Source: a virus. From it: a stretch of 64,000 nt of DNA. Below the pieces are notes generated by a model. That model was not told the DNA's origin. It made no database searches and saw only the letters and a program-made list of their open reading frames with translations. The stretch covers positions 8,331 through 72,330 of the IMG/VR virus record IMGVR_UViG_3300025010_000048; one strand, written 5' to 3'. Position numbers and translations under genes: made by a program. Shown piece by piece: positions 18,840 to 29,380 of this stretch. The number at the start of each line of letters is the position of its first letter. The stretch's first letter is position 1.

Positions 18840-19507
18840 ATTTACCGCACAAAGTAGCTAACGATAAACCTGTTTTTTCCGGATGGGAAGTGTTGGCCTT
18901 CTGCAATGTCGCCGGAAATGCACCAGCGCACCGCAGTTTTGGAAAGCGCGACACGTACCACGAGGCACGGGAGTTATTTGACTCCCTGCCCGAAGTGGTG
19001 GAATTTTAATTGAGGGAGGAAAAATAATGTTTAATAAAAATACAGCTTCAAAAAATTTAAAAACCGCCGCCAAGAATTGCGGCGTGAAAGGTGACTGGAA
19101 ATGGGAACCTTGCAACGCCGGCAGATCGGTCGGCGATCTGCCGGCAAATATGACTGCAGCAGTCATACATAAGAACGGCGAGCAATACAAAATTACCGCC
19201 GATGAACTTCGTTAGTTTTAACGGCTTGGGGTCAGCCGAAAAAACCCCGCCAGGAAATTAATTAGAGGAGGAATTGAGATGTGTTAGATAAAATAACAAG
19301 CGTAATAGACGGAATATCCACAGTCATAACTTTTGACCCACAGGATGCCCAGCATCCAATATGGTTAGAGTACCCCTTTGAGGCTAAGCTGCAAAAATGG
19401 AGCAGCGAGGGGTGTTTGCTCCGGAACGACAATATAATTATCAACAGTTTCGACCACCTAAACTACCTGGCAGAGTAGTCCTTCGCGGTGTTCTGAATAT
19501 TGGTCTT

Positions 19508-19534
19508 AGCCGCCTCCGGGCGGTTTATTTTTTT
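19508..19534 (+). terminator. Terminator ending early small-gene region
   Basis: AGCCGCC tccg GGCGGTT followed by T-run. Confidence 0.65.
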
Positions 19535-19609
19535 CCCAAAATTACCTGCAATATGGACAAACCGCCTCCGCATAAACTAAACGAACAACACAACGAACGG
19601 AGGTACGCC

Positions 19610-20999
19610 GTCAACTACTCCCACCTACGCTTCGCTTAGAGGTGTGAGCTTGTAACTACCCGGAAGTGCAAACGAGATAATCTCTCCTTCCTTAGAATGG
19701 TGTTACATTAGGGCAGGTTGACATCTACCCACTTATAAAGGTTATACCCCTATAAGTACTTCAACGATGTACTCTATTCCTTTTCGTTGAAGATTCATTG
19801 CTCCTATACGGTCATCATTTGATTTGTATCCACAGTTACGACAGCAAAAGATGTGAGCTTTCTTATTGCGATTACTTCTCTCTGTATGTCCACACTTGGG
19901 GCAAGTTTGAGAAGTGTACTTAGGATTAACAGCTATTACTTTTGAATTATTTAGTAATACCTTATATTCTAACATTTGTCGTAGCTGATAAAATGACCAG
20001 GAGACTGTCTCGTATCTATCTTTAACTCTAACACGTTCTGTAGCATTACGAATACCGGCAAGGTCTTCTATTGCAAAAAGAGTATTAGCCCCATATTGAT
20101 TAACGAGTGCCTTTGATACTTGATGGTTTACATCATGCATCCAACGGTTTTCTCGTTGACCAATTCTCTTCAATCTTCTGCGAGAAGAAGCTGTACCTTT
20201 TTGTTGTAGTTGTTTACGCAAGTATTTGTAATAAGAACGTTTGGCTTTAATTTTTCTACCATTAAAGAATATTGACTTACCTTTTGAATCATAGGTTACT
20301 GCAATAAAGTTAATACCTAAATCAACGCCAACAATACTATTGATATCATAATCTGATACCATATCAATCTCTTTAGACATTGGTATGTGTAAGAAGAACT
20401 TACCGTATTTATGCACTAACTTTGCTGTACCAAAAGTCCATGAGTTGTCAAAGTATCTTTCCATACCTTTAATATCAAATGGTACTTTAATGCGTCCATC
20501 TAATGTATTAATAGAGAATATGCCTTTCGTAAGTAGATAATCTCTATTCCATACTAAATCATATTCTGGTTTTTTAAACTGTATTTTAGTCCAATCGTGC
20601 TTATTGCTTTTAAGAGTCTTGTATCTTGCTATTACAGTTTTCATAACCGACTGGGACATTTGAGAACGCAAAGAGAAGTTGCTACGCAAATCATTGTAGG
20701 CTATTTTTTGTAACTTTGATTGAGATAACTCTTTTGTATTAAAGATTATATCAGACACAAAGTTACATCCTTTACGATAGGCATTAAGAGTTCCCTGGAG
20801 TAATATGATTTGTGCTGATGTTGGATTGATTTTGATTTTAGCAGTAACAGTTAATTGCATAGTATACACCAACTTTCACTAACTATAGAAAGTATATCAT
20901 ATTAGTGAAAACATGTGCAACAAGAATATTAAAGAAGAAAGGAGGGAAGGCGCATTCCTCCCCGACTTTAGAAGATCGGGGTATCCTGCGCCGACCTAG
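19610..20999 (-). mobile_element. IS200/IS605-family element, TnpB only (non-autonomous)
   Basis: Left-end hairpin CCCCGA...TCGGGG just after target motif TTCAT; right end ...GTGGGAGTAGTTGAC; no tnpA, no target-site duplication. Confidence 0.88.
19742..20872 (-). CDS. tnpB: RNA-guided endonuclease TnpB
   Basis: RuvC motifs GVDLG, IEDL, DDRIGAMN; zinc finger CPKC...CRNC. Confidence 0.95.
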   Translation of the reverse strand: MVYTMQLTVTAKIKINPTSAQIILLQGTLNAYRKGCNFVSDIIFNTKELSQSKLQKIAYNDLRSNFSLRSQMSQSVMKTVIARYKTLKSNKHDWTKIQFKKPEYDLVWNRDYLLTKGIFSINTLDGRIKVPFDIKGMERYFDNSWTFGTAKLVHKYGKFFLHIPMSKEIDMVSDYDINSIVGVDLGINFIAVTYDSKGKSIFFNGRKIKAKRSYYKYLRKQLQQKGTASSRRRLKRIGQRENRWMHDVNHQVSKALVNQYGANTLFAIEDLAGIRNATERVRVKDRYETVSWSFYQLRQMLEYKVLLNNSKVIAVNPKYTSQTCPKCGHTERSNRNKKAHIFCCRNCGYKSNDDRIGAMNLQRKGIEYIVEVLIGV

Positions 21000-22130
21000 A
21001 TGAAGAAACAAAAAACCAACATGTTAGGCGAAGCACTGGAGGGCATAAAAACAGCATGGAGGCACCGCAAAGGCTACGAAATACCTGCCGCAATACTAGA
21101 CACCCTAGACGCTCTTTACCCCCTCGATAAACCCAGACCATTACCGATCCGTAAAGGAATTCAGTGCACAGAAACCGGCTGGCACATGATATTTACACTT
21201 AGACCAGGCACATCATTTAACACCCTAAAAAATCAGCAGGAATATTTTGAGGATGCTACCGGGCTAAATGTGGAAATGAGCAAAAAAGCAAACTTTCTAC
21301 ACATCAACATAAACACTAACGAGATACCGAAAAAGCTACCGTACAGCTGGAATTATAGCGGCAATATAGACCTACCAATACCTGTCGGACTTAGTAAGCA
21401 AGGATTGGAAGTGCTACCGCTTGAAGAATCTCCGCATTTACTTATTGCCGGTGTTCCTGGGTACGGAAAATCCAACTTTTTACATGTCCTTATTACTTCC
21501 CTGCTACCAGTAGCAAGAATCAGCATTATAGACTTAAAGCGGTTGGAGTTTGCCTACTTAAAAGATTATGCGGCACTAGCTAGGACGGAGGAAGAATCTC
21601 TGTTATTAATGCAGTCAATAGAAAAGGGCATGGAACAACGTATCAGAACACTAGAGAGGGCAAAAGTAGTCAAAATTCAAGACTACAACAAGAGGGCGAA
21701 GGAACCATTGCCTTTTATCGTTGTTGTGATTGATGAATTAGCGGAAATTAGCTGTACTAAAACAATTAGACTTATCGACAGAATAACCAGACTTGCCAGG
21801 GCGGTTGGAATTTCAGTAGTTGCGGCAACACAAAGACCGTCAACGAAGGTTCTCCCGGGAGATACCCGGGCAATGTTTCAAGCGCGACTATGCTTCCAAG
21901 TTGCCGATGAACTCAATAGTCGTATGGTGCTAGGTGAAACCTGTTCCCTTGCCGCATATCTACCAGGTATAAAAGGCAGGGCAATTTATAAATTCGGCAT
22001 GGATACCCAGGAAGTCCAGACTATGCACCTTCCGGTCAGTCAGGCCAAAAAATTGTTAAAGGGGGTGAGTATGGATGCTTTTACCGAGTGGACCAATATC
22101 ACACCGAGCGCGCGGCTATTACCGCGATAA
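21000..22130 (+). CDS. FtsK/SpoIIIE-family ATPase
   Basis: HLLIAGVPGYGKS, VVVIDELAE, ATQRPS. Confidence 0.9.
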   Translation: MKKQKTNMLGEALEGIKTAWRHRKGYEIPAAILDTLDALYPLDKPRPLPIRKGIQCTETGWHMIFTLRPGTSFNTLKNQQEYFEDATGLNVEMSKKANFLHININTNEIPKKLPYSWNYSGNIDLPIPVGLSKQGLEVLPLEESPHLLIAGVPGYGKSNFLHVLITSLLPVARISIIDLKRLEFAYLKDYAALARTEEESLLLMQSIEKGMEQRIRTLERAKVVKIQDYNKRAKEPLPFIVVVIDELAEISCTKTIRLIDRITRLARAVGISVVAATQRPSTKVLPGDTRAMFQARLCFQVADELNSRMVLGETCSLAAYLPGIKGRAIYKFGMDTQEVQTMHLPVSQAKKLLKGVSMDAFTEWTNITPSARLLPR

Positions 22131-22749
22131 CGAAATTGTATGGCGAGTAAGTAGTCACCGATGCCTAAACACAGAGCAAATACAGATATTACTATTTCCT
22201 ATGACCGCATCAGGTAAGCGGAAATGTCAACAGCGACTAAAGATATTAGTCGGTCCCAAACAAAAACGCCTACAGCGTTGGAGATATGACTTAGAACAAC
22301 CTTATGCTTACTACCGGGAGCGACTAGAGCAGATGCAACATACCGTATTATTAAATTGGGCGGTTATCTGGATAGAACGAAACTTAAAGTCATGGGAGGA
22401 AATTCACTCCGTTAGCTATAATCAAGGCATGGGAGTATTAATTTCCGATTGCTTTATTGCCATAAAAAACACTATCACAGGCCAATTCAGATTTTTATTC
22501 ATCGAAATGGACATTCATCACCCGGCAAACGAATTCGACAAGGTACGGAAGTACAACAAACTATTCGAGAAACTGCCGGAACAATGGTGGGTTAAACAAA
22601 CCAAGAGATTCCCTAGGACCCTGCTAGTCACCGACAACGAGCGCAAGTTAAAGAAAATTAACGAGTTGATTGAGTCTGAAAACCGTAACGGGTTAGAATT
22701 TAAAAGTTATCTTGTTAGTAATATCAGAAAACAAACTATAGGAGGTTAA
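22075..22749 (+). CDS. Replication-relaxation (Replic_Relax) family protein
   Basis: N-terminal wHTH (LNTEQIQILLF), D...FIEMD...K..KY motif; follows FtsK. Confidence 0.7.
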   Translation: MLLPSGPISHRARGYYRDNEIVWRVSSHRCLNTEQIQILLFPMTASGKRKCQQRLKILVGPKQKRLQRWRYDLEQPYAYYRERLEQMQHTVLLNWAVIWIERNLKSWEEIHSVSYNQGMGVLISDCFIAIKNTITGQFRFLFIEMDIHHPANEFDKVRKYNKLFEKLPEQWWVKQTKRFPRTLLVTDNERKLKKINELIESENRNGLEFKSYLVSNIRKQTIGG

Positions 22750-22752
22750 ATC

Positions 22753-23214
22753 GTGTTAATACAGGTTCCAGCGGCAACAAAAATAGTTGGATTAATCATG
22801 GCGGGTATTATGATGATGTCAGGCTTAAATAATATTAGTGACAACAATAAGTCTGTAGTTTATAAAAATGACGGATATTATGAAATTATAGACGAAACCA
22901 GCAAAAGTACGATCTATACCTATGTAGACATACAGGAAAATCCAAGCGAGCATACTATGGATTGGCTTGATGGAGTTGTGGTATTCAGAAAAGACGGAGA
23001 AGTATTGAACTGGGAAGAGTCAGGAATGGGAAGGCATACAGAAGATTCTATTCCTATGTATGAATTATATGAGAGTTTAGATGAAGAAGAAAAAGCTATT
23101 TTTGATCGTCGCATGGACAGTATGAATACAGTAGAAAAATACAAAAGTTTTCTAAAAGACATTAAAAAGCAGGCAACAAAAACCAAGATAAATGAAAGAT
23201 GGTTTAATAAATAA
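22753..23214 (+). CDS. Putative secreted / membrane-anchored protein
   Basis: N-terminal hydrophobic segment. Confidence 0.55.
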   Translation: MLIQVPAATKIVGLIMAGIMMMSGLNNISDNNKSVVYKNDGYYEIIDETSKSTIYTYVDIQENPSEHTMDWLDGVVVFRKDGEVLNWEESGMGRHTEDSIPMYELYESLDEEEKAIFDRRMDSMNTVEKYKSFLKDIKKQATKTKINERWFNK

Positions 23215-23231
23215 GAATGTGAGGTGTTAGG

Positions 23232-23531
23232 ATGCAAATAATTTTAGCGGCAATAATTGGGTTACTCTTATCACCGACAGTGTCATTTGCTTTATCGGAA
23301 GGACTTCGAAACACACTTTCCAATACTTTCGGTTGGGGCGGCATAGGCAACAAAATAGTAATTCTCATGGTTCTAGCTGTCGGCAGTTGGGTTGCCGAAA
23401 TGGTTGCAAATGCCTGCGGAAAAGGTAATATAGCCACAATAATAAAAGTAGCGACTATTTTTACAGCAATAATTTTAGTCATTGGGGTAGCTTTAGATTT
23501 ACTAGATCATATATCAAATATTTTTATTTAA
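23232..23531 (+). CDS. Small membrane protein (SpoIIIAC- or pilin-like)
   Basis: Signal peptide plus two TM helices around GKGNIA. Confidence 0.5.
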   Translation: MQIILAAIIGLLLSPTVSFALSEGLRNTLSNTFGWGGIGNKIVILMVLAVGSWVAEMVANACGKGNIATIIKVATIFTAIILVIGVALDLLDHISNIFI

Positions 23532-23544
23532 AGAAGGTGTTTAG

Positions 23545-23754
23545 ATGGTCAGTAAAATAATATTTACTATAGTAGTTTATTGCTTACCAGAATTGCTTGC
23601 ATTATCCCTACTTGGGTTAATAAGTTATGTTGTTTGTGTTGTCACCGATAGAAAAAGTATAGGTTTAATGGCTATTTTACTTACTATTTTTTGTGGCATA
23701 GACATAGCATTGACTAAGATTAGCGGATTAATTAGTAAGTTAATTGATTTCTAA
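23545..23754 (+). CDS. Small membrane protein
   Basis: Hydrophobic 69 aa. Confidence 0.5.
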   Translation: MVSKIIFTIVVYCLPELLALSLLGLISYVVCVVTDRKSIGLMAILLTIFCGIDIALTKISGLISKLIDF

Positions 23755-24045
23755 GTTAGTTGGTCAGTCAACCTATTATTCAACTTGTCCGAATCCGAAT
23801 TGCCGTATAATCCGTACTCCTTCCTCCGTCCGTCTTATATAGATTTTTGATTGTTTGTCCATTGCCTTGATTTTATTGACGTTTCGGAATGATATTGTTC
23901 TTTTAAAGTCTCAGGGTGCGATCAATGGTACGATCTAAAAAACGAACAGGGCAGCGAATGGATTTTATGACCCGAAAGGGTTATTTTTTATTGTATTTTT
24001 CGTATGAATATGTTAAAATATAAATATTAACACAAGGAGGGCATT

Positions 24046-24189
24046 ATGAACAAAGACACTGTAGTTATCCGCGTGACTCCTGAGTACAAGAGGAAACTTC
24101 TTATCTTGGCTGCGGAGAAACGGAAAAGCCAGAAAGAGTTGGTGCTTAAAGCTATGGAGAAAACTTATGGAATTAAGGAGGAAAACTAA
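24046..24189 (+). CDS. Ribbon-helix-helix regulator
   Basis: AGGAGG RBS; MNKDTVVIRVTPEYKRKL...SQKELV. Confidence 0.6.
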   Translation: MNKDTVVIRVTPEYKRKLLILAAEKRKSQKELVLKAMEKTYGIKEEN

Positions 24190-24422
24190 TGAACACCATA
24201 GACGCATATGTTAAAAAAGTTGTCGGCAAGCGTGATGTAGATGCTAACAAAGAGTGGAATTTAAACAAAAACGACGCTCTTTATGGCAGACAATATACAG
24301 TAGTTACTGTTGAATATGTTGATATGGGCGGTGCCGGTACTACTTATTTATGGTTTAAGAAAGGCGAGGAACCGGAGATTGAATCGAGGTATACGTTTCA
24401 ACATTAGGAAGGAGGAAAACAA

Positions 24423-24851
24423 TTGTTAAGTCTAAAACTAGCTAAACAATTAAAGGATGCAGGTCTGAAATGGTTGCCCGAAGATGGTGACTTTTTTTCA
24501 ACCGGAATAGATCAGGAATGGGATAATATCTTTGTTGTATCAGGTAGTCATAACTTAGTTCCTGAATTGGGCGGCAAGAGGTGGTTTTTTAATGGACATC
24601 TTTGTAACCGTGACGGAGGTTGTATTGCCAACTCCACCGCTTCAATGTGTATGAATATGAAGGGGATACAGTCAGATCGTTTTGAGGACGGAATAATAAA
24701 TTCCGTAGAAAGATTTGTATTTGTACCGAGACTAGACCAGTTAATTTCTGAGATTGTAAAACGTGGCTACAGGTGGTTCCCTGACATGAATTGTCTTGAG
24801 GAATCAGCAGGTAAAACTTTACTGTGGATTATTGGGAAGAAGGAAAACTAA
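24423..24851 (+). CDS. Hypothetical phage protein
   Basis: SLKLAKQLKDAGL...PRLDQL. Confidence 0.6.
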   Translation: MLSLKLAKQLKDAGLKWLPEDGDFFSTGIDQEWDNIFVVSGSHNLVPELGGKRWFFNGHLCNRDGGCIANSTASMCMNMKGIQSDRFEDGIINSVERFVFVPRLDQLISEIVKRGYRWFPDMNCLEESAGKTLLWIIGKKEN

Positions 24852-25306
24852 TGCGTCAAATTAAATTCAGAGGCAGAAGGGTAGATAGCGGCGAGTTTGT
24901 TTATGGTAGTTTAATATTAGCACCAAATGGTTCATATAATACTGCTTTTATTGCCATAGATGAATATACTGACAACGATTATACCTTATGTGGCAATGAT
25001 GGTGAAGTTAGAATATTTTCTAAAATTTATCCCGTTATCCCTGAAACAGTAGGTCAATTCACCGGCCTTCGCGACAGCAAGAGAACCACCGAGTTTCCCG
25101 AAGGGCAGGAAATCTATGATAAAGATTTAATTTCCGATGGTTACAATAATATCGGCATAGTCGAATGGTTAGACGGAGATAACCCAGGATTTTACCTACA
25201 CTGGACTAACGTAGAAACTGGCTGTTTTGACGGCATTGGGGAGTGGGGTACTGTGGTTGGCAATAAGTTTCAGCATCCCGAACTATTGGCAGGTGAAAAC
25301 AATTGA
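24851..25306 (+). CDS. YopX-family protein
   Basis: MRQIKFRG...TVGQFTGLRD...VVGNKFQHPELL. Confidence 0.85.
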   Translation: MRQIKFRGRRVDSGEFVYGSLILAPNGSYNTAFIAIDEYTDNDYTLCGNDGEVRIFSKIYPVIPETVGQFTGLRDSKRTTEFPEGQEIYDKDLISDGYNNIGIVEWLDGDNPGFYLHWTNVETGCFDGIGEWGTVVGNKFQHPELLAGENN

Positions 25307-26089
25307 AATTAGAATTAACCTTATTCGAAAAATATTACATAAAAGAATTTAAGGAGGACGATAAGGAAAATTTTCAAGGTTGGCGTTTCATCTACTTTAT
25401 TAGTAAACCATTTCGATTTAGGTGGTTTACTGATTGCGGAGATTGGTTCTTATATATTCATTGCGGTAAAAGGTATTGGCGGTTTAGTAGCGCAGGATAT
25501 GTAAGCAGTAAGGAGGAAAACCAATGAAGTGGATTTTACTTCTCGCTATAACCGCTATTGTTTTCGCTGCCGGGATTGTGGTTGGTTTGAGGCGCGTTAG
25601 GAAGGGTAGGAAATAGGTGAGTAAATTTATATACGATATGATCTGTATGACTGAGGGAGAAAAACTTATTCACTATTGGTGGTTATGGCTAGGAATAATT
25701 ATTGTAAGTTTCGGTAGTATTTTATGGAAAGTTATCAGAGATAAGGCAGGTGAGTAAAATAAGAAAAGACTACTGCATGGACTGTGGCATAGAACTTATA
25801 GGAGACCAAGGACAGTACGCCCAATGTAAAACTTGTTATGATGCCATGATTTACTCGATAGAATCTAAGCGCGAGGAAATGGCGGCATTAGAGGCAAGCA
25901 TGGAACGCAGAATGAGACTTAATGAGATACTGACTAATGTTTTTGCTATTTTCGTAACTATCGTTCTGGCGATTATATTTGCAATTGTATTAAATATACT
26001 GCCGGATAATAATATAGCTTTAGCTTTTAGTGGAGTTTTCATTATCTTGCTAATATATATAATGTTTTGGTTGGAGAGGTGTTGATAGT

Positions 26090-26413
26090 ATGGAGGTTGG
26101 GCAGAAGGTTTATCTTGATGGAAATGGAACAGTTGTCGGAATACTGGAATATGAGATTAAAAGTATTGGTAGGAAATATTTTTATATTTGGCGTGAAGAA
26201 AATGAGCGCACAATAAAGAAATACAACATAGAAGGTCTTAGGGAAATTAATGACTTTAGATCTTCTGACATATATTTTGATAGACAAAAGTTATCTGATA
26301 GTATTGAATACCGTACACTAAAAGATAAATTAGGGAGAGCATTTAATTGGAGGAATATAAGTAACCTATCTCTCCAACAACTTCGGCAGATCAATGCTAT
26401 TATTGAGGGGTGA
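26090..26413 (+). CDS. Hypothetical protein (paralog of next ORF)
   Basis: VGQKVY...SIGRKYF...LSLQQLRQI. Confidence 0.6.
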   Translation: MEVGQKVYLDGNGTVVGILEYEIKSIGRKYFYIWREENERTIKKYNIEGLREINDFRSSDIYFDRQKLSDSIEYRTLKDKLGRAFNWRNISNLSLQQLRQINAIIEG

Positions 26414-26748
26414 TTAACATGCTATACGCCGACTGGTTAAAGTCGCTTAAACCGGGGGATAAGGTTTGCTATATAAGGCGCAGGGACACAGTGTACACTA
26501 TAGACTTTGTTAAAAAGGTGACTCCTTCTGGGATTGTGCGCCTAGAGAGTGGGTTATCGACAGATAAGGAAGGTTGCTATAAATCTTCTAATATGGGTTG
26601 CTCATTTAAAATACGTCAAATTACTCAGAAAATTTTAGATGAAATAGATCGTCATAAGGCAATAAATAGGTTAAAGGGATTCAACCTATATTCTCTCAGC
26701 AAAGAGCAACTAGAGAGGATAATGGATATTATTGAGGGAATGGAGTGA
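26410..26748 (+). CDS. Hypothetical protein
   Basis: LKPGDKV...VKKVTPSG...LSKEQLERI. Confidence 0.6.
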   Translation: MINMLYADWLKSLKPGDKVCYIRRRDTVYTIDFVKKVTPSGIVRLESGLSTDKEGCYKSSNMGCSFKIRQITQKILDEIDRHKAINRLKGFNLYSLSKEQLERIMDIIEGME

Positions 26749-27273
26749 TGGACTACGAAAAACTACTAAACGAATGGGGAGAAAAGGTTAATGATTCTAT
26801 TAACAGGGGCGGATTAACAGAGAAATATATATATGGAAAGGATATAGAAATATTATGAATACAAAGACGCATTATGAGGATGGATATGAATGTTTAAATG
26901 AATTATGTGAATGTGGTGGTACTATAAGATATACTTCTTGGAATAAGAATAGTGTACTTGGAGCAATAGTACTGTTTAGACAATGTTTTTGTTTGCAATG
27001 TGGTAAAGAAATGAAAAAATTACGTGAAACTAAAATACATACAATAGATAGTAAATATGGTATATAAAGTAATGTTATATTAACTCATTGGTTAGACAGT
27101 GAAGGTAAGTAGCTAAAGGGATTATTATTAAGGGGGTGGAGTGATGAAAACTTCGGAAGTAGTACCGTCTAAATGCAAAAAATGTGATGACTTTAAGTCT
27201 ATCGGCGTAAGTCCATATAAGGATATTTACCGCTGTATGCATCCTGGCGGACCATGTTTTAAGGAGGTAAACA

Positions 27274-27624
27274 ATGAAAACAACACCAATCCGTAGTTGC
27301 CAGTCATGCGGCAAACCATTCGCTCACGGCGATATAGTGTATTTTGTGCCGCTGGATAATAATGTAGTGTGTCTAGATTGCGCTATCCCTCACCTTAGAA
27401 CGGAGAAACGCATAGTTGAGCATGGAACTGCCTTAAACAACACAATCCAATTCTACAGCATACCGGCATGGACTAAGTTTATTGCCCAGGACCATAACGG
27501 CAAATGGTGGGCTTTTGAGGAAAAACCAGAGTTGACCAACGGCAAGGAGTGGAATACTTTTGTGGGCAGGGTGGCGCAGGTTATGCCTGTGTTGTCTAGC
27601 ACATTGAGGGAGGTTAACCGTTAA
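27274..27624 (+). CDS. Hypothetical zinc-finger protein
   Basis: CQSC...CLDC; GGAGG RBS. Confidence 0.55.
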   Translation: MKTTPIRSCQSCGKPFAHGDIVYFVPLDNNVVCLDCAIPHLRTEKRIVEHGTALNNTIQFYSIPAWTKFIAQDHNGKWWAFEEKPELTNGKEWNTFVGRVAQVMPVLSSTLREVNR

Positions 27625-28326
27625 TGGAATGTATTAAACTAAAGAACGATATAGATTTTACCGAATTAGACAAGTTTGGGTTTATGGAAGATCCGACAAA
27701 TTGCGAACCGGGCGACCACTACTATCACCTAAATAATTATTACAATCAAATTGGTGATTTTAGGATAACGGTAAACACGCACAGCAGGCGCATAGATATA
27801 TTGTGCCTAGCAAGGAAAGCGGAATTATATAATATCTACAACCTTAAACCGTTATACGATTTAATTTCGGGAGGTATGGTTGTGGTGGGGGAGGTTAAGC
27901 GTTGAACGATAAATTTTGCGGTAACTGCGAACATCTTTCCCTTACTGAGCAGGAACAAAATATACTTAAAAGGAGGGGCGAGAAATATCCTGTTCTTAAA
28001 CAGGTTTTCCATAACGGTAATCACCCGAACATTGTTAGACTTGCTATATGTGAACAGGGAGTGGTTAGTAAATTATGGGGGTTAGATTATGAAAACTAGG
28101 TTAATAGTTTTTATAACGGTACTTATTATTTTAGTTGGCTATGCCGGTAAACAGGTTATAGCGGGCAAAATAAGCCCGGTTGAAGCAGAGCAAAAAGAAA
28201 GAAAGTTAACCAAAATATTGACCATAAAGCAGTTAAATTCTCTCGATTATGGCTGTTATATCTTTGAAAGCGGTTATTATAGGGGAGTTATATTAAAGTA
28301 TAGTGACGGTCATGGTACTCAATACT

Positions 28327-29130
28327 CTATTGGTTATGGTGGTTAAATAACTTTCTCCACCAAGGCAACCTCTGACGGTCCCGCATTTCTGAGATATATT
28401 TCTCAATGCGGGACGTTCTGTTTTCTATGTCGATTTCCTTCTGCCGGGTTTCTATTTGGTCAATCTTATACCGCAACTCCTGATTATCTTGCCGGAGCAG
28501 GTTTATGGATTCGGTAAAAAATTTCTGTTGCTCAGACAATGCCGTAATAATTTTATCATCTACTTCGGCCATAATATTCCTGGTTACATCAATAATGGGG
28601 ATTGGTTGTTGTATTTGCGGTGAATATTTTTCCGGTTCGATAATTTCAACTATTCTATTTTCTCGAATAGTTAAGTTATCCACAGGTTCGCAAACTTCGT
28701 TATTTTTGTTTTCGCTAATTTCGTTTTCGTGCTTTTCGTTAACTTCGCCATTTAATACTGCTTGAATAACCTCCGAAGTTATAAAACGCCGCTTATTCTT
28801 TTCTCGAATAATAATTATCCTACCTTCTTTTTCGCGCAGTTCTAGTGTGCGAATACTAACGCCTAGTATTTCTGCCGCTTCTTGAATGGTATATCTATCT
28901 TTCGTAGTTTTCATAGTCACACCTTCCGGTTTCGCAGTTTTCGCAGAATGTGATCTTAGATCGTCTAAGTAAGATTTAATCTTATTCTTTTTAAGATCAT
29001 AATAATTATGATTATTATTATTATTTTCGTAGTTGTTTTTCGCTAAGATCGTTGTTTCGCTTCGCACTATTCGTAAATAGCTTTCGTACTTATTGTAGTT
29101 TTCGCTAACTTTCCTTAATGCCTGTCCCAC
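28327..29130 (-). CDS. MerR-like HTH + coiled-coil protein (pSK1 Par / RacA-like); alternative start ATG near 28914
   Basis: YTIQEAAEILGVSIRTL HTH, coiled coil, amphipathic PWWRKLF tail. Confidence 0.65.
   Translation of the reverse strand: MGQALRKVSENYNKYESYLRIVRSETTILAKNNYENNNNNHNYYDLKKNKIKSYLDDLRSHSAKTAKPEGVTMKTTKDRYTIQEAAEILGVSIRTLELREKEGRIIIIREKNKRRFITSEVIQAVLNGEVNEKHENEISENKNNEVCEPVDNLTIRENRIVEIIEPEKYSPQIQQPIPIIDVTRNIMAEVDDKIITALSEQQKFFTESINLLRQDNQELRYKIDQIETRQKEIDIENRTSRIEKYISEMRDRQRLPWWRKLFNHHNQ
28685..29106. repeat. Dense co-oriented (T)TTCG(C/T) repeats
   Basis: About 18 TTCG copies on plus strand within and upstream of the HTH coding region. Confidence 0.6.
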
Positions 29131-29345
29131 TAATAACCCCTCCGCATCTAAAATTTATAACTAAAAACCAAGCGGAGAGTCTTGACAATCAGACCAACAT
29201 TGCTTAGAATAATAAACAGCAAAGCAGGCAGGGGCAACACCTCCGCTTTAGGTAAAGGACACTCAATCTTTGGTCGGGGAGAGTGTCCTTCGGTCATTTA
29301 GTTAGCAATTATTTTACCATTACTTTTTGCATATTTCAACAAATT

Positions 29346-29380
29346 AATTAAACCCCTCCACGCTGGAAGGGGTTTTTATT
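29346..29380. terminator. Terminator-like hairpin
   Basis: AAACCCC.TCCA...TGGA.GGGGTTT with T-run. Confidence 0.55.

Noticed and set aside
19610-20999. IStron
   Set aside because: Only about 130 bp between left end and tnpB; no group I core
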